The notes below the pieces were generated by a model that saw only the letters and a program-made list of their open reading frames with translations, searched no databases and was not told the origin of the DNA. The translations under genes were made by a program, and so were the position numbers. From the human T2T-CHM13v2.0 reference genome, Homo sapiens, in assembly GCF_009914755.1 (NCBI RefSeq), contig NC_060927.1: DNA of 64,000 bases. One strand, written 5' to 3'. Within the stretch, counting starts at the first letter, position 1. Every line of letters begins with the position of its first letter. Of the stretch, positions 47,852-61,095 are shown piece by piece.

Positions 47852-50508
47852 ATGTATCTTCATCTGAGATGATACCACAGAATCATAAAATCTCCATGGA
47901 GTTTTGTTGGATCTTCCGTTTTTCATCATCTAGTAGACTTCAAACCTTTGTCCCATGCCCCTGGGGCTTTGTACAATAATATTCTTTTTATACTTCTTGT
48001 AATATTCTTATTCTATAGCACTGGGACAAGAAAACAGACTTCAGATTTTATACAGATCTGAGTTGGATTTCTACTCCACAATTCACTGGTCATGTGGCCT
48101 TGGGCAAATTACCCAAGTCATGGTTTTCTCCTATGTATTAAAAAAAAAAAAAAAGAAAGAAAAAAAGGCAAGGATGTGGGGTTCTGCTTGCGGAAAGTGA
48201 GGTTGAGAAAAATACCTCCTTCACAAGATTGTTTTGAAAATAAAGAAGACAATTGTGAATCTTTTACTAATATAGTGAGTAGCACATAGAAAACACTAGA
48301 GTAATGGTAGATATTATTGGTTTATGAGTCTGTTTCTACCTACCAGACTTCTTGAATGCAGGTTCTGTGCCATTCATCTTTGTATCTCTGTTCTCTAACA
48401 AAGTATCTGGCACCTGACAGTCACTCAGGAAATGTGTGCTGAATTAATACCTGAGTAAATATGAAGTCAGAATGCTTGATATGTATTGTCTTATTTGTTC
48501 TCCACTGACTGTGTCACAAATTGATGAGCTCCTCACTAGGTCTCTTTCACCATCCCCACTCTACTGGGCTGTGATAGGTGCTGTATGTTCAGTTGGTGTG
48601 AAGAGATATTAGGCAATTGTTTATTATGACAGGCACACCTACTGCTCTATTTGAAATGACTCACTAAACAAATGGTCACATTTTCTCTTTTTTCAATAAC
48701 TGGTATGTATCCCTGATTTAAGGGCATTTTTGAAATGTTTCTGTTTTCTGGGAACACTCATAGTTTTCTGGGAACACAGGGAACACTCGAAATATTCATA
48801 TAAAACATCAGGTCAATTTGGCATCATCTATTAAGAGACTTACAGATGTGAATAATTTGATTTAGCAATTCCTTTTATAGGAATTTATTCTAAGAAAACA
48901 AAGGCTAATACTGCATAAAAACATGCTCATTGCTACAGTATTTATTATAGCAAAAAAAACACAAAACCTAAATGTTCTTCAATCAGGAAATGGTTTACAA
49001 ATTATAGTACAGGGGATGATTATCCAGTCAGTACAATCATGTTTTTAAAGATTATATTATGACATAGGGAAATGTATAAATATAATGTTAAATAGAAAAT
49101 CAGAGCACAATCACACATTTGACTTGTAGCCAATTTCGTGAAATGTCTACATTAAAAGATTGGAAGGAAATACAAATATTTCATGCTATCCAAACTCATA
49201 TCAGTTTCTGAATTCAGATAATAAGAATTTGGACAGTTAGAAATAACTGTATATTAAAAGAGTTAAAAAGTACCTGTCTCTGAATGCAGGAATGGGAGAT
49301 TACTTTTATTTTCTTCTATTTTTGCAAATTATGCACACTTGCTAAATTAAAATACACTAAATGCACTGCTAAATTTAAAGGTACTTTTCCTTCTTTGCTG
49401 TCAAGTGATTAGAGAAAAACATGAACAAAAGATAACTAAGTAGTTAAGTAACCTACAATGACCCAACCACATGTATCATTTAGAGTCTTCTCTTTTCTTG
49501 GGCCACACAAGTCATCCAACTCTAAGAACTGTCCATGTTCCCTTCTTGAAAATCTTTGAATCTGTCTGCTTCTTTTCACTGCCACCACTGTTACGCTAGC
49601 TCAGTTCACCGCCACCTTTTTCCTGCATTTGTCTAAAGGCTTTCAGCCTTCCTGGCCACTGCCCCTTTGGTTCACGTAGGAAGCAGGGTTATCATCCTGA
49701 AGTGTAAATCTCACAAAGCAAAACCTTCACAGGCTTCCCGTTCCACTGTTCAGTGGTTAACTCTTTAACATGGTTCATGAGTGCCTCACCTTCTGGGGTC
49801 TGCTTACTTTTTCAGCCTTATGTCTTCTACTTCCTTTTCACACATGGATACTCTTGCACCAGAACCCCTAGAATATGCCAGGTCCTCCCTCACCTCTTGC
49901 GGAGTTTCTATGTCTACAACGCATCTACAGTGCTTTTTCTTTCTCCCCTTACCTCTGTGCCTAACAATAGCTGACATCTGGTTGTCCTACAGGCCTTAGC
50001 GTGGATATATTTTTCTCCAGGAACCTTTCCTTGACTGCCTAGTCTGTGTAATACTTCCTGCTCCCACAGCATCCTATTATAGGCACTCAGGCATATTATG
50101 ATATCGTAAAGTATGCTGTGATAATATACGATGTGGAATATATGGTAATAGCATTTTATCATAACTTTTTTTTGATATGTTTGTTATTTGTTTACATTTT
50201 ATTTGTTTGGGTTTTTTTTTTTTTTTTTTTTTTTGGTCTCTCAATGCCCAATGCACTGCCTGATTTCTAGCAGAGGCTTGATCATATCATGGAATGATTG
50301 CATGGACAAATGAAAGAGGCATCTCAAATACAAATACAAATGACTAGTCCCTGGGTTAGCACAAGTAGAGAACAGCCACCGTTCCACCATTAGCACATAG
50401 ACACAGCCCCTATTTCACTATCAATATGGAGGATAAGCACACTGGTTTATACAAACCATACTATATAACCTATAAATCAGAGGCTTATTTAAGAAATGAA
50501 ATAAAAAA

Positions 50509-50874
<366 letters not shown>

Positions 50875-53800
50875 TTAAAAATACCACTCATTGTTTTAAA
50901 TTCAACTGAGTGCCCTTATTTTTTGTATACCAGAATTTGAAGTCATCCATGTTCTCTTTTTTCCTTTGATTTCCTTAATTTTTGTTCATTGTCTTTTCAT
51001 TGCAGGAGGCATAGTAATTCACTGCTATCCTCAAAAGGACATTCTAGAAAACAAATGGCCTTTTTTATGTATTGTGGACAAAGGAGGTATAGGCAAAGTA
51101 AATTTGGATTGTGTGGCTTATTATTTCCTGGCTGAGAAAAATTTGTTAAATTTTTTTGAAGCCTGAATTATCAAACCTGTTTGATCTTCAAGCCCAAGTA
51201 AAATATTACAGAAAATACTGATATATGGGTACAGGATTGGATTCAAGGTCAGGAGCCCAGGCTCCACTCTTGACTATGCCATCCTCCACAAGTCACGTTA
51301 GTTCCTGAGCCTCAGTTTCCTGATTTGTAGAACGAGAAAGTTAAACTAATGTCTAAGATTTCTTTAGACCTAAAATTCTATTCTGTGTCAAATCGTATGT
51401 TGATCTACTCTGCATGAGAGATACCTAAGAAAAATATATGTCAAAGATTATTTAATGTAATCATGGAGAAACAAATTTTATTACACTTACATTCTGCATT
51501 TTAATTTTATATCATCATCTAGATCTCCAGATAGATGTCGAGACATCTGAAACCTATTTGATCCTCATTCATGAAAATAAAAAATAGTTAATTTAGCCCT
51601 CCATGCAATGGTCCTCTTAACTGCATAGTGCCATTTTTTTCTTTTCCCTTCTGATAAGTAACTGAAATAAAACTAATGGATATACAAGTACAAAGATATC
51701 ATAAGGTTGGGACCTCTGAGTCTGACAAACAAAAAGCCGATTCTGCGTCAGCAGCATGCTGTAGACACATGTGGCTTACTTTAGCTCACAATGGAGTAAT
51801 ATGAATTGTGCTAAAAAGCACTATTTGTGCAAATGCAAATAATATTCCATCTGCTCAGGATTTTTTTTTCCTTATATAGCTTTTGTTCCAGTGTGGTAAA
51901 AGCCTGTTTCTTTACCCTGAAGTGCTCCTGCTGATGAAGAGTGAAGTACATGACAATGAACTAAAATCCATTATCAAACAAATACAGTGAGCTTTTCAGC
52001 AAGTCATCACGGGGAATGTTGCCTTTTTCTCTGGCATTAAGTTGAAAGCGATTTGTGCTCATGCAAATAAGACAAAGTGGTAGGTTAAAAAAATTGTGTG
52101 TGTGTATATATATCTCTCTATATATAGATATATATATTCCATACACTGTAGTTTGCTTTGTAAATCTAACATTTTTATCTCTTTTTTGGTGGGGGAGGGC
52201 AGCAGCGAAATAGTTTGGCAGCCTTCTTTAGATTTCCTTATGGTTTGAGTCATGTTAAATTCTTCAACAGAAGAATTTAGCTCTGCCTTATGTTGTCTTG
52301 AATACCTTACTTGGGATTTGGGAGAACTGCTTTCCCAGTTCCTGAGAGAACCTAGGGCAAGTTAGAAGAAAACTTAACTCCTATGCTGCTGAAAGAAAAC
52401 CATAAGTTTCAAGAGATCCAATTTCAGGATTTGCTGGTGGTGACAGTCAAAAGGTAAATCATCCAAGTTCAATCTAAAGGTATACATTTCTGCGTGCTCA
52501 TATATTCCATTCTGTGTCCTGGACCTTAATCTGAGGGCTTTGTGATAATTATACACCTTCTAAAATTAATAGGCCATTTCTCTAGTTTTAGGAGGAGATA
52601 GAAATGAGGGACAATTATATGACTATTACACAAGATGTTGATAAGCCAACTCCAGAGAACACCAGTGTTTGGGAAAATGTATTCCATCTTCTTTTCGGTC
52701 CACTTGGTCTTCAGCTTTGTCCTTTGATTTACTTCCTTGCCCCCTTTCTCCTAAGATCCATGATTTCTATTTGGACAAAACAGAGAAAAAAAGCAAAAGA
52801 ACTTGATCCTTTCTTCCTAAGATCAGGGAAGAACTGGGGCAGAAGAAGATTATAAGCTTGTATGAGCATGAAAACACACTTTTATTTTACACAAAAATTG
52901 AAAGCTCATTTTAAAGCATTTTTGGCTGTTTTATTTATGCCTGATGATTTTATTCAATACTAGTTGGATTTTAAATAATCTAACTAATGTTTTTCCTCTT
53001 CATGAAATTTGAAGATTATTCTTTTATGAAACAGTAGTTTTGGAGTTTAGCTTTTTTAAAATTTTTGCAGTTTATAGATTTCAGGCATTATGCATTTTTC
53101 TTTTCAGTTCAGCTTTATAATGCCATTTTCAATGAGCATTTATTTGTAGGTTTGAAATATAATAGAGCACGTACACTTTTATTCTGTTTAAATTTTTTTT
53201 CAAGTTTCTACATACAGCATTGATGAGCACATATAGTGATGTTAAGAGACAATGAAGTATTAGATGTAAAAGCACTTCAGTTATTAGGGTGAAAGATGTT
53301 ATAGGCATTTAAAGTATTAATTCTATTAACACATATAATTTATAATTCTGGAAGAAATAATTGACTGAAAATGAACAGTATTTTCTTTCTAGAGTACATA
53401 GTAAACATCAACAGCTAATTTTATTATAGCTTATTTTCTGTGATATATATTAAACTACCTTTCACAGTTCAAGTAAAACCTGAAATTAAGCACTCAAGTA
53501 CACAATTATCTCACATCAACAGTTTTGCTGTTAAGCTATCTGCAGATATTAACATCATTCCCCAAAGCATTCTATTTAACAGCTAAAACTGTGATCTAAG
53601 TGAATTAATAATTTAGACTATAGCAGTTATCTTTACATAGTGTCTATAATTATATTTACAATCTTGCAGTGTATTTTAGAGCTACTCAGAATTGTGAAGC
53701 AATAAAATAATATTTGCCCTAATAAGACCATTTATATCAAACGTGATTTCCTTTTATGTTAAGACAAGATAACTTTTCCCTCTTCCTGACTTCAAAGGGA

Positions 53801-56800
53801 AACACATTATTTCAAATATATTTTAAACTTTTACCATAAAACCCTTAGACATGAAACCATTAATATGTGGTTGGTGAGGAAAATGTCTTATTCCACTCAC
53901 AATAAAGTCTGACTTTAATTAGACCCTGAAAAGTAAAGGATTTATATTCAAATCCTGGCCAACATTAATTACAGAGTTCTTAACATTGTAGCATGCCCTT
54001 TACTAAGTTTCGACAATATGTTCCATGCTAAATAAAAAAGGGGATCCACTTCTGGGGACAAGGGACTTGTTATTTTTAAATGTCATATGTACTGATATGT
54101 GATATATCATTGTAATGGCATCTCCTGAAATCCAAAGTGGCAAGGTAGAATTCCTTGTCTATTCCAGTGTTCTTTTTCCACATGGATAGGGAGCCAAAGG
54201 CCTGCCCTGAATCTTGAACATTTTTTCAGCTTATTCAGTAGGAAGATGATTCCCTTTGCCACTCTTTTTATAGTCCCTCCTCAATCTTAGTTAAATGAAG
54301 AGTTTATTTACATACAGCTGTGACTGCTACTGCCACTGCCAAAAAGGACCATTCCTGGGCCCATTTCATGGACAGTAGAAACGGGACCTAAGAGTGGCTG
54401 AGGATGAAAATACACAGGTGCAAGCCAGGTCCTCCCGAGGCCTATTGTGAGACCCTTTGCAATCTCTTCTTACTTAATACATGAAGATTTGCTCCTTTAT
54501 CAATCAGTCAAGCAATCAATAGTTTTTTTTATTAAGCATCCATTTTCATATCAGGAGTTCTATGAACTGTATCCCAAGGCAGCATGCTGAAGGGCAAAAA
54601 GCCCTGGGCTAGATTTTGCATTCCCACCCAGTCCTGCCAATCATAAGCCATCTATGTGACCTGGTTAGTCTCTTAACCAGTCTTAAGGTGGCTCAGTTTT
54701 CTTACCTGTAAAATAGTTATAACTTCCCCCATTTGCCTCTTGGCATTGTTCTGAGAATTAAATAAGTTATGGAGAAAATGCTCTGGAAATTCTGAAATAC
54801 TAAGCAGACAAAAAGTAGTAGTGGTATTGGACTTCATTCTGTAAGATCAATACATTTCTGTAACTACCCAAAGAAAAAGTCTTAGTAATTTCTAAATTGC
54901 AAAAAAGAAAAGAAAACAAATCTATTGTAAAAGATGCTTTAAATATCAAGTGAACACTGTCAACTCTAATTTTAGTAAATATTCAAGTAATTTGAAAGTT
55001 ACTTTGGTACAAACAATAAATACATGTGATTTATTTCATTCATTTACCTCTTACCTTATTTTAGGCAGTCATCTTGAGTTTCTGGAAGTAAAACAGAAAT
55101 AATTCTTAGTCAATCAGTATTCTGTAAATTTGGTTTTAGACTGAAGGAATTGTAAAAATTTGATAACGTACCATTTGTGCTTCACTGTGGGACTCCTTCC
55201 TGGTATTTCTTAGGATGTTTTCATGTTTTTCAAAATCCCATATTCTAAGAAAAAAAATTGAGAAACTGGGAAGACAGGAAATGTGTTATAATTATCCTGC
55301 ATGAGTTAAGACTTCACAATCAACATAGGCATGACAGGTTTGAAGGGATCCACTGACAAGAAGTCAAAAGTAAGAGCTGGAAGCACTGCATGCCTGAATA
55401 ACAGTTTGCCCATTCTGAAGCTTGGGTCTCTAGCCTCCTCACCAATCTCAAAGCCAAAAAGAAAAGTTAAGTAGTTGAAATGTATATTATAATATCCAGA
55501 CAGTAAAATTTACACACTTTTCTCCTAGGAGAGACTTTTTATCAGTAATCAAAACCCATCTACTTCCTAATGGACATTTCTAATTTGTTCCAAGGTCAAA
55601 AATGATTAGAAGCAGCAGATTAGGAAAGGAGAGAAGGGTTGTAGAAGGATATTTCCTACAAACAGACTTTGGTATTTTAATAAGAAATGACAATGTAGAA
55701 GAAAAAGAAAACAGAGAAATACCACAAAAAATAAAGCAAGAACTCAAAAAAGGCAGGTATGTAGAGGCATTTAAGGATATGGTAAATGGTCTTATATATC
55801 TCAGAGAAGCCCTTTATAATTACCTACTGAAGACTCTTGAAAATGTCTGCGTTGTTAGTAAACAAAAGATTGACACTCATACTGGAAAATTTTTCAGTGA
55901 GAATTATTGAAATACATATTAAAGGGTTGTCAAGAGCTTAGTCCTTAGGAAGCAAGTTTGCCTTTAAAAATATAACCCACTTGCCAAGAATTCAAAGTAC
56001 CCAGATTTAACTGTATTTTTACCTTAATTTTCAAACCAGCTGAACTCTGCAAATAAATATTATTGGCTCTCTGCTGATGTGGCAACTATTTAAGATAATA
56101 CTGTATGTGGTTTTGTTACACTGTGATAAATTTCTACTTCTGTCTCCTAACTAGCAGAAGTGATCATTGGTTTAACATTGCTTTTCCTCAATTTCCATGC
56201 TAGCACCGACTATTCTTGTTTCATGCTTGTGACTATTATTGCAAGGTTTGTAATCAATACTGTGGCTGAGATAACGAGACCCACTGTATTCATAACAGTT
56301 TATCAACTGGAATAGTTTATTGCTTAGAATTTATTTTTCAACTGTTTTGACATATTATCTTATGATGGCAAAAAAATTTAAAAAATAGATTTGTATATAG
56401 GCTTTGTTAATTTTTTTGTGGCAATTCACAATTTATATCTAATTAATGGATTCCAATGTGGGTGCTCACAAGCCAAGAGGGCATAAGACAATTCATTGAC
56501 AGGTGAGAACAAAATTATGAATTTATTTTTATTTTTGTCTTAGAAATAAAATAAATTATATTAATATTTAATAAATAGTTGACATTGGCATCCAAAATTG
56601 TTCAGCCTTTCATAAAACATTTATCAGTTTGCCTGAAGCATGTGTATGATTTTAGCAAGGCAGAGGGTTGACAGGAAAGCTCTAATATATCTACAAGCTT
56701 TTAGCATATTGTGGTCTATTGCAGTCTATGTCTGTGGATAAATGTGCATACACATATTACTTTAAAGAACAGAATCTTTACAATATCTAGAGTTAGATTG

Positions 56801-56827
56801 GAAGTGACCATAAAAATCCTGGTATAT

Positions 56828-56920
56828 GGGGAGGCGGAGGCTGCAGTGAGCCAAGATTGCGCCATTGCACTCCAGCCTGGGCAACAGAACAAGACTCCAT
56901 CCCAAAAAAAAAAAAAAAAA
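56828..56920 (+). mobile_element. 5'-truncated Alu (3' ~75 bp plus poly(A))
   Basis: TSD AAAAATCCT(G/A)GTATAT on both sides. Confidence 0.88.
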
Positions 56921-58427
56921 TCCTAGTATATTACAGATGCTTGCTAGTAGTCTTTCCAAAAAGTACTTAGAAAAGTATTTGAGCTTAAAGATGAGTTGTG
57001 GCTTTTTTTTTAAAACAACTGTTCTAAATTTGTTGACTTTTACTGAGATGATAAATATTTGGCATTGGGTATTACCCAGCAGACATTTTTTTAAATAAAT
57101 AAATTTAATGATGATAATGATGATGTTAGTGGGGGGAAAGGAGTTTTCTGTAACAAGTAAATAAACAAAACAAAATTATTTTTTAAATAATCACTTCATT
57201 TTTATCCTTTATTTCCTTTGTAATTTTGTGAACTTTATAACATATTTAATGTATATTACATATATTATATACTATATTTTATATGTATATATTTGTAGAG
57301 TAATGCTTCTAATAAATAAATGTATTGAAGCTGCATGCTCAAACACTTTTGACTAACTGAGATGTGAGATCAACTAACTCATGCATAATGGCAGCGACAC
57401 TTTTGTACCTAAAGAAATCTTACTGATAACAATTGCCATGTTCCTGGTGATGGTCTATAGCACTCTAGAATCATGCTTTTATTTGTTTACCACACTAGAC
57501 TTGGAAGACTTAATATGTATCAGTCACGATGTTTTCAATTGTAAGTAACAGTAATCAGCCAGAGGTAATTTGGGCTTCAGACAATGGATATCAGAGTACT
57601 AGGCACCACTTCATGTTATTTTCTTAGCTTCTCTCTTCTCTTTGAGTCAGCTTTGGCCTTTGGTCCCCGGGCTGACTTGCCTCATTATCTCAAGATGGTT
57701 GCCAACAGTAGCCAGGGCAACAGAATTCCTTGTTCATGTTTGAGGACAGTGTGTGTGTGTGTGTGTGCATGTGTGTGTCAGAGAGAGAGAAAGACAGAGA
57801 AATACTACTCCTACCAACCTTATTAGACACAGGAAGCTTCTTTCCCAGGGGGCCTAAGCAAGACTCTTCTCAAGTTTTATTGGCCTAAATTGGTTTAGAC
57901 AGGACCTTATCTAAACCAACTTCTGTTAAGTGTGATAAGACTATCATAATCTGCCACTAAAGAGTTAAGATGGAACCACTATTGAGAGAGAATTCAATGA
58001 TAATGTTCACTAGACAATATTCTCCCCATCTCACAGATTCTTTCCATTTTACTTACCCCAAACTGAATAATGTACCTAAGATTACCTAGCAAATGAGTCA
58101 TTGACTTGAATGAAATACTTGTCATCATCATGTTTATTATTCACTATTATTATTACCAAAATACTAATAAAATAACTGAGATTTGTATTATATAAAAGAG
58201 CACGATATTAGGGGGATAATACCTACAGAAAAATAAATCAAAATTGTCAAAATCTAAGTCGGAAAGCATCATAAATCAATGAGACATCTAATACAAGGGG
58301 TTGGAAAAAGTGCCCAACTATGTACATGTAAAAATAAAACTAACAGCCTACCTCTTCCTAAATTCAAAAATAAATTTCAAATGGTTTGTGTAAATGTAAA
58401 CATTGAAACTATAAAATTTAGAATTAA

Positions 58428-58722
58428 TTTTTTTTTTGACGGAGTCTCACTCTGTCGCCAGGCTGGAGTGCAGTGGCACGATCTCAGCTCTCGGCTCACT
58501 GCAATCTCTGCCTCCTGGGTTCAAGCGATTCCCCTGCCTCAGCCTCCCAAGTAGCTGGGACTACAGGCACACGCCACCATACCCAGCTAATTTTTTGTAT
58601 TTTTAGTAGAGATGGGGTTTCACCATGTTGGCCAGGATGGTCTTGATCTCTAGACCTCATGATCCACCCACCTCAGCCTCCCAAAGTGCTGGGATTAAAG
58701 GCGTGAGCCACCGCACCTGGCC
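58428..58722 (-). mobile_element. AluSc-like
   Basis: TGTCGCCAGGCTGG and GGATGGTCTTGATCTC. TSD AGAATTAATTTT. Confidence 0.9.
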
Positions 58723-58934
58723 AGAATTAATTTTAAGCAATAATTTTCTGCTCTCTAGGAGTGAAATATTTGGAGGTGACATTTATAAAAGCGCTAAAAT
58801 TTATAACATTAAAAATAAAAAAGGACGTGTTTTCACTATAAAAACATAAAAATTTTCTGAGTGGGTGTGTGCTGATGCAGGAGGACAGAAGTCAGGCCAA
58901 TCACACCATAATTGTTGAGTAATGGCATAGTCCA

Positions 58935-59100
58935 AAGTGAGCAAACTTTTCTATAAAGGACCAGATAATAAATATTTCAGACTTTGCAGGCCATATATTC
59001 TCTGTTGTGACTATTCAGCTCTGCCCTTGTTATTTAAAAGCAACCATAGATAATAAGTAAATAAGCAAGTATGACTTTGTTCCAATAAAACTTCATTCAT
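58935..59100 (+). mobile_element. MER58-like hAT MITE
   Basis: GCAAACTTTTTCTATAAAGGACCAGATAATAAATATTT...TTCCAATAAAACTT pattern. Confidence 0.7.
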
Positions 59101-60737
59101 TAAAAAATAAATAAAATAAAAAGACAAAAATGCCAAAAGTTTAAAACATCATAATATCAAAAGGCCAACAATAAGTGTAAAATAATAAAGGGTTTGTATT
59201 TTAATGTGTAAATAGTCCTCATAAACCAATAACAAAAAGATAAACACACCAATAGATAAAGGAAAAAAGGATAAGATGATTTACCAAAAAAGACATTTTA
59301 ATTCCAATGAAGGTAGAAGAAAAAAGTCCAAACTCACTAGCAATAAAAAAAGTCCTAGTAAAAACAAATATATCTTTCACTTTTTAAACAAATTTAGTCA
59401 AAACAAATGAGATAGCTTGTTTCATTTATAGTGTTCAGTGCTAATGAGGCTTACATGAAACTGGTACTCATGCACTTTTGGTAGAAATTAAAATGTTCAA
59501 TTATTAAATTTACAAAAGTTTTGAGAAATAATGTGATCAACTTACAAAAGAAGGATTTGAGAAGAATATTCTCACAGTTTGCTTGTAGCATACACAGTGC
59601 TACAACTCTTCTAGAGTTTGTCATTGTATCATAAATACCTTTAAAAATGTTTGTATTTGTTGACCACTATCTAATCTAAGAAGATAACAAGAAATACAGA
59701 TAAAAACTTTCATTAATTAATCTATATAGTAGCCTTAAATTAAAAACAACCTAAGCATCTAAAAATAATAAATGGTTTGATAAATTACTGTTTAAGGTCA
59801 CTCAATTGGCTATTTTGCAGCCGTTAAAAATTATGCTTTGATAATAAAAATATTATATAAAATAGCAGTATAATAATTTAAATACAACAAAATATAAATA
59901 GTATTTTAAAATAGTTAAGTCATGGTAAAGCACTATTATAGTGAAATATATATCAAATCTTAGAAAATACAATATGACATCAACTTTGAATATCTGAGTA
60001 GAAAAAAAAGCTGAGAAAACAGCACATTTAAATGCCTTTGAAATAAGAAAAGAAAAATTTAAAATTTTTAATATATATTGCTCTATATTTCTTAAATATT
60101 CTACAATGAAAATATCAAGAATTTTTTTGTTTAGAAGGTATTAAAATGTGTCATATGTTCAAAGTCCCAGTTCTCTTTTGAGAAACAAGCCCATCTCTAC
60201 ATTACTCATGGATGTACGTATTGAAGAATTATGTATGGAGATCATACCAATATACTAAAAAACACATAAGATCTAAAGTACAACAACAAAAAATGGTTTT
60301 ACATACCTCTAGTTGACTAAACAGTTACATGTGGAAATCATAGCAATAATTTTACAAAAAATATGTAAGATCTGAAGCACACACAAAAAAGTAGTCTTAC
60401 ATACCTTCAGTTGATTAAGTGCACCTAATGTTTATTGAGTACCTATATATTAATAAGTCAATTATTTTTATCCATGTTTTACTCAATCTTCCCAACAAAC
60501 TATGAGTAAAGTACTGTCATCTCATCTTTCTAAATGAATAAATTGATGCTCAAGTGAAGTTACATATCTAGCCAACATAGAGTAGCTAGGTAATGCCATT
60601 GCCAAATTTCAAATCTAGGTCTGTTAGATTCAAGAGTTTATAACTTTCTACAATTATATGCATGCTGCCTCTGAGGCAATTCACAAAGACACAACTGATC
60701 AATTAAACGAGGAATTAATTAAAAGTAAACTGTCTGA

Positions 60738-61095
<358 letters not shown>

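Noticed and set aside
55602-55910. 102-aa Lys/Glu-rich ORF
   Set aside because: It arises from purine-rich low-complexity sequence, with no recognisable homology or exon structure.
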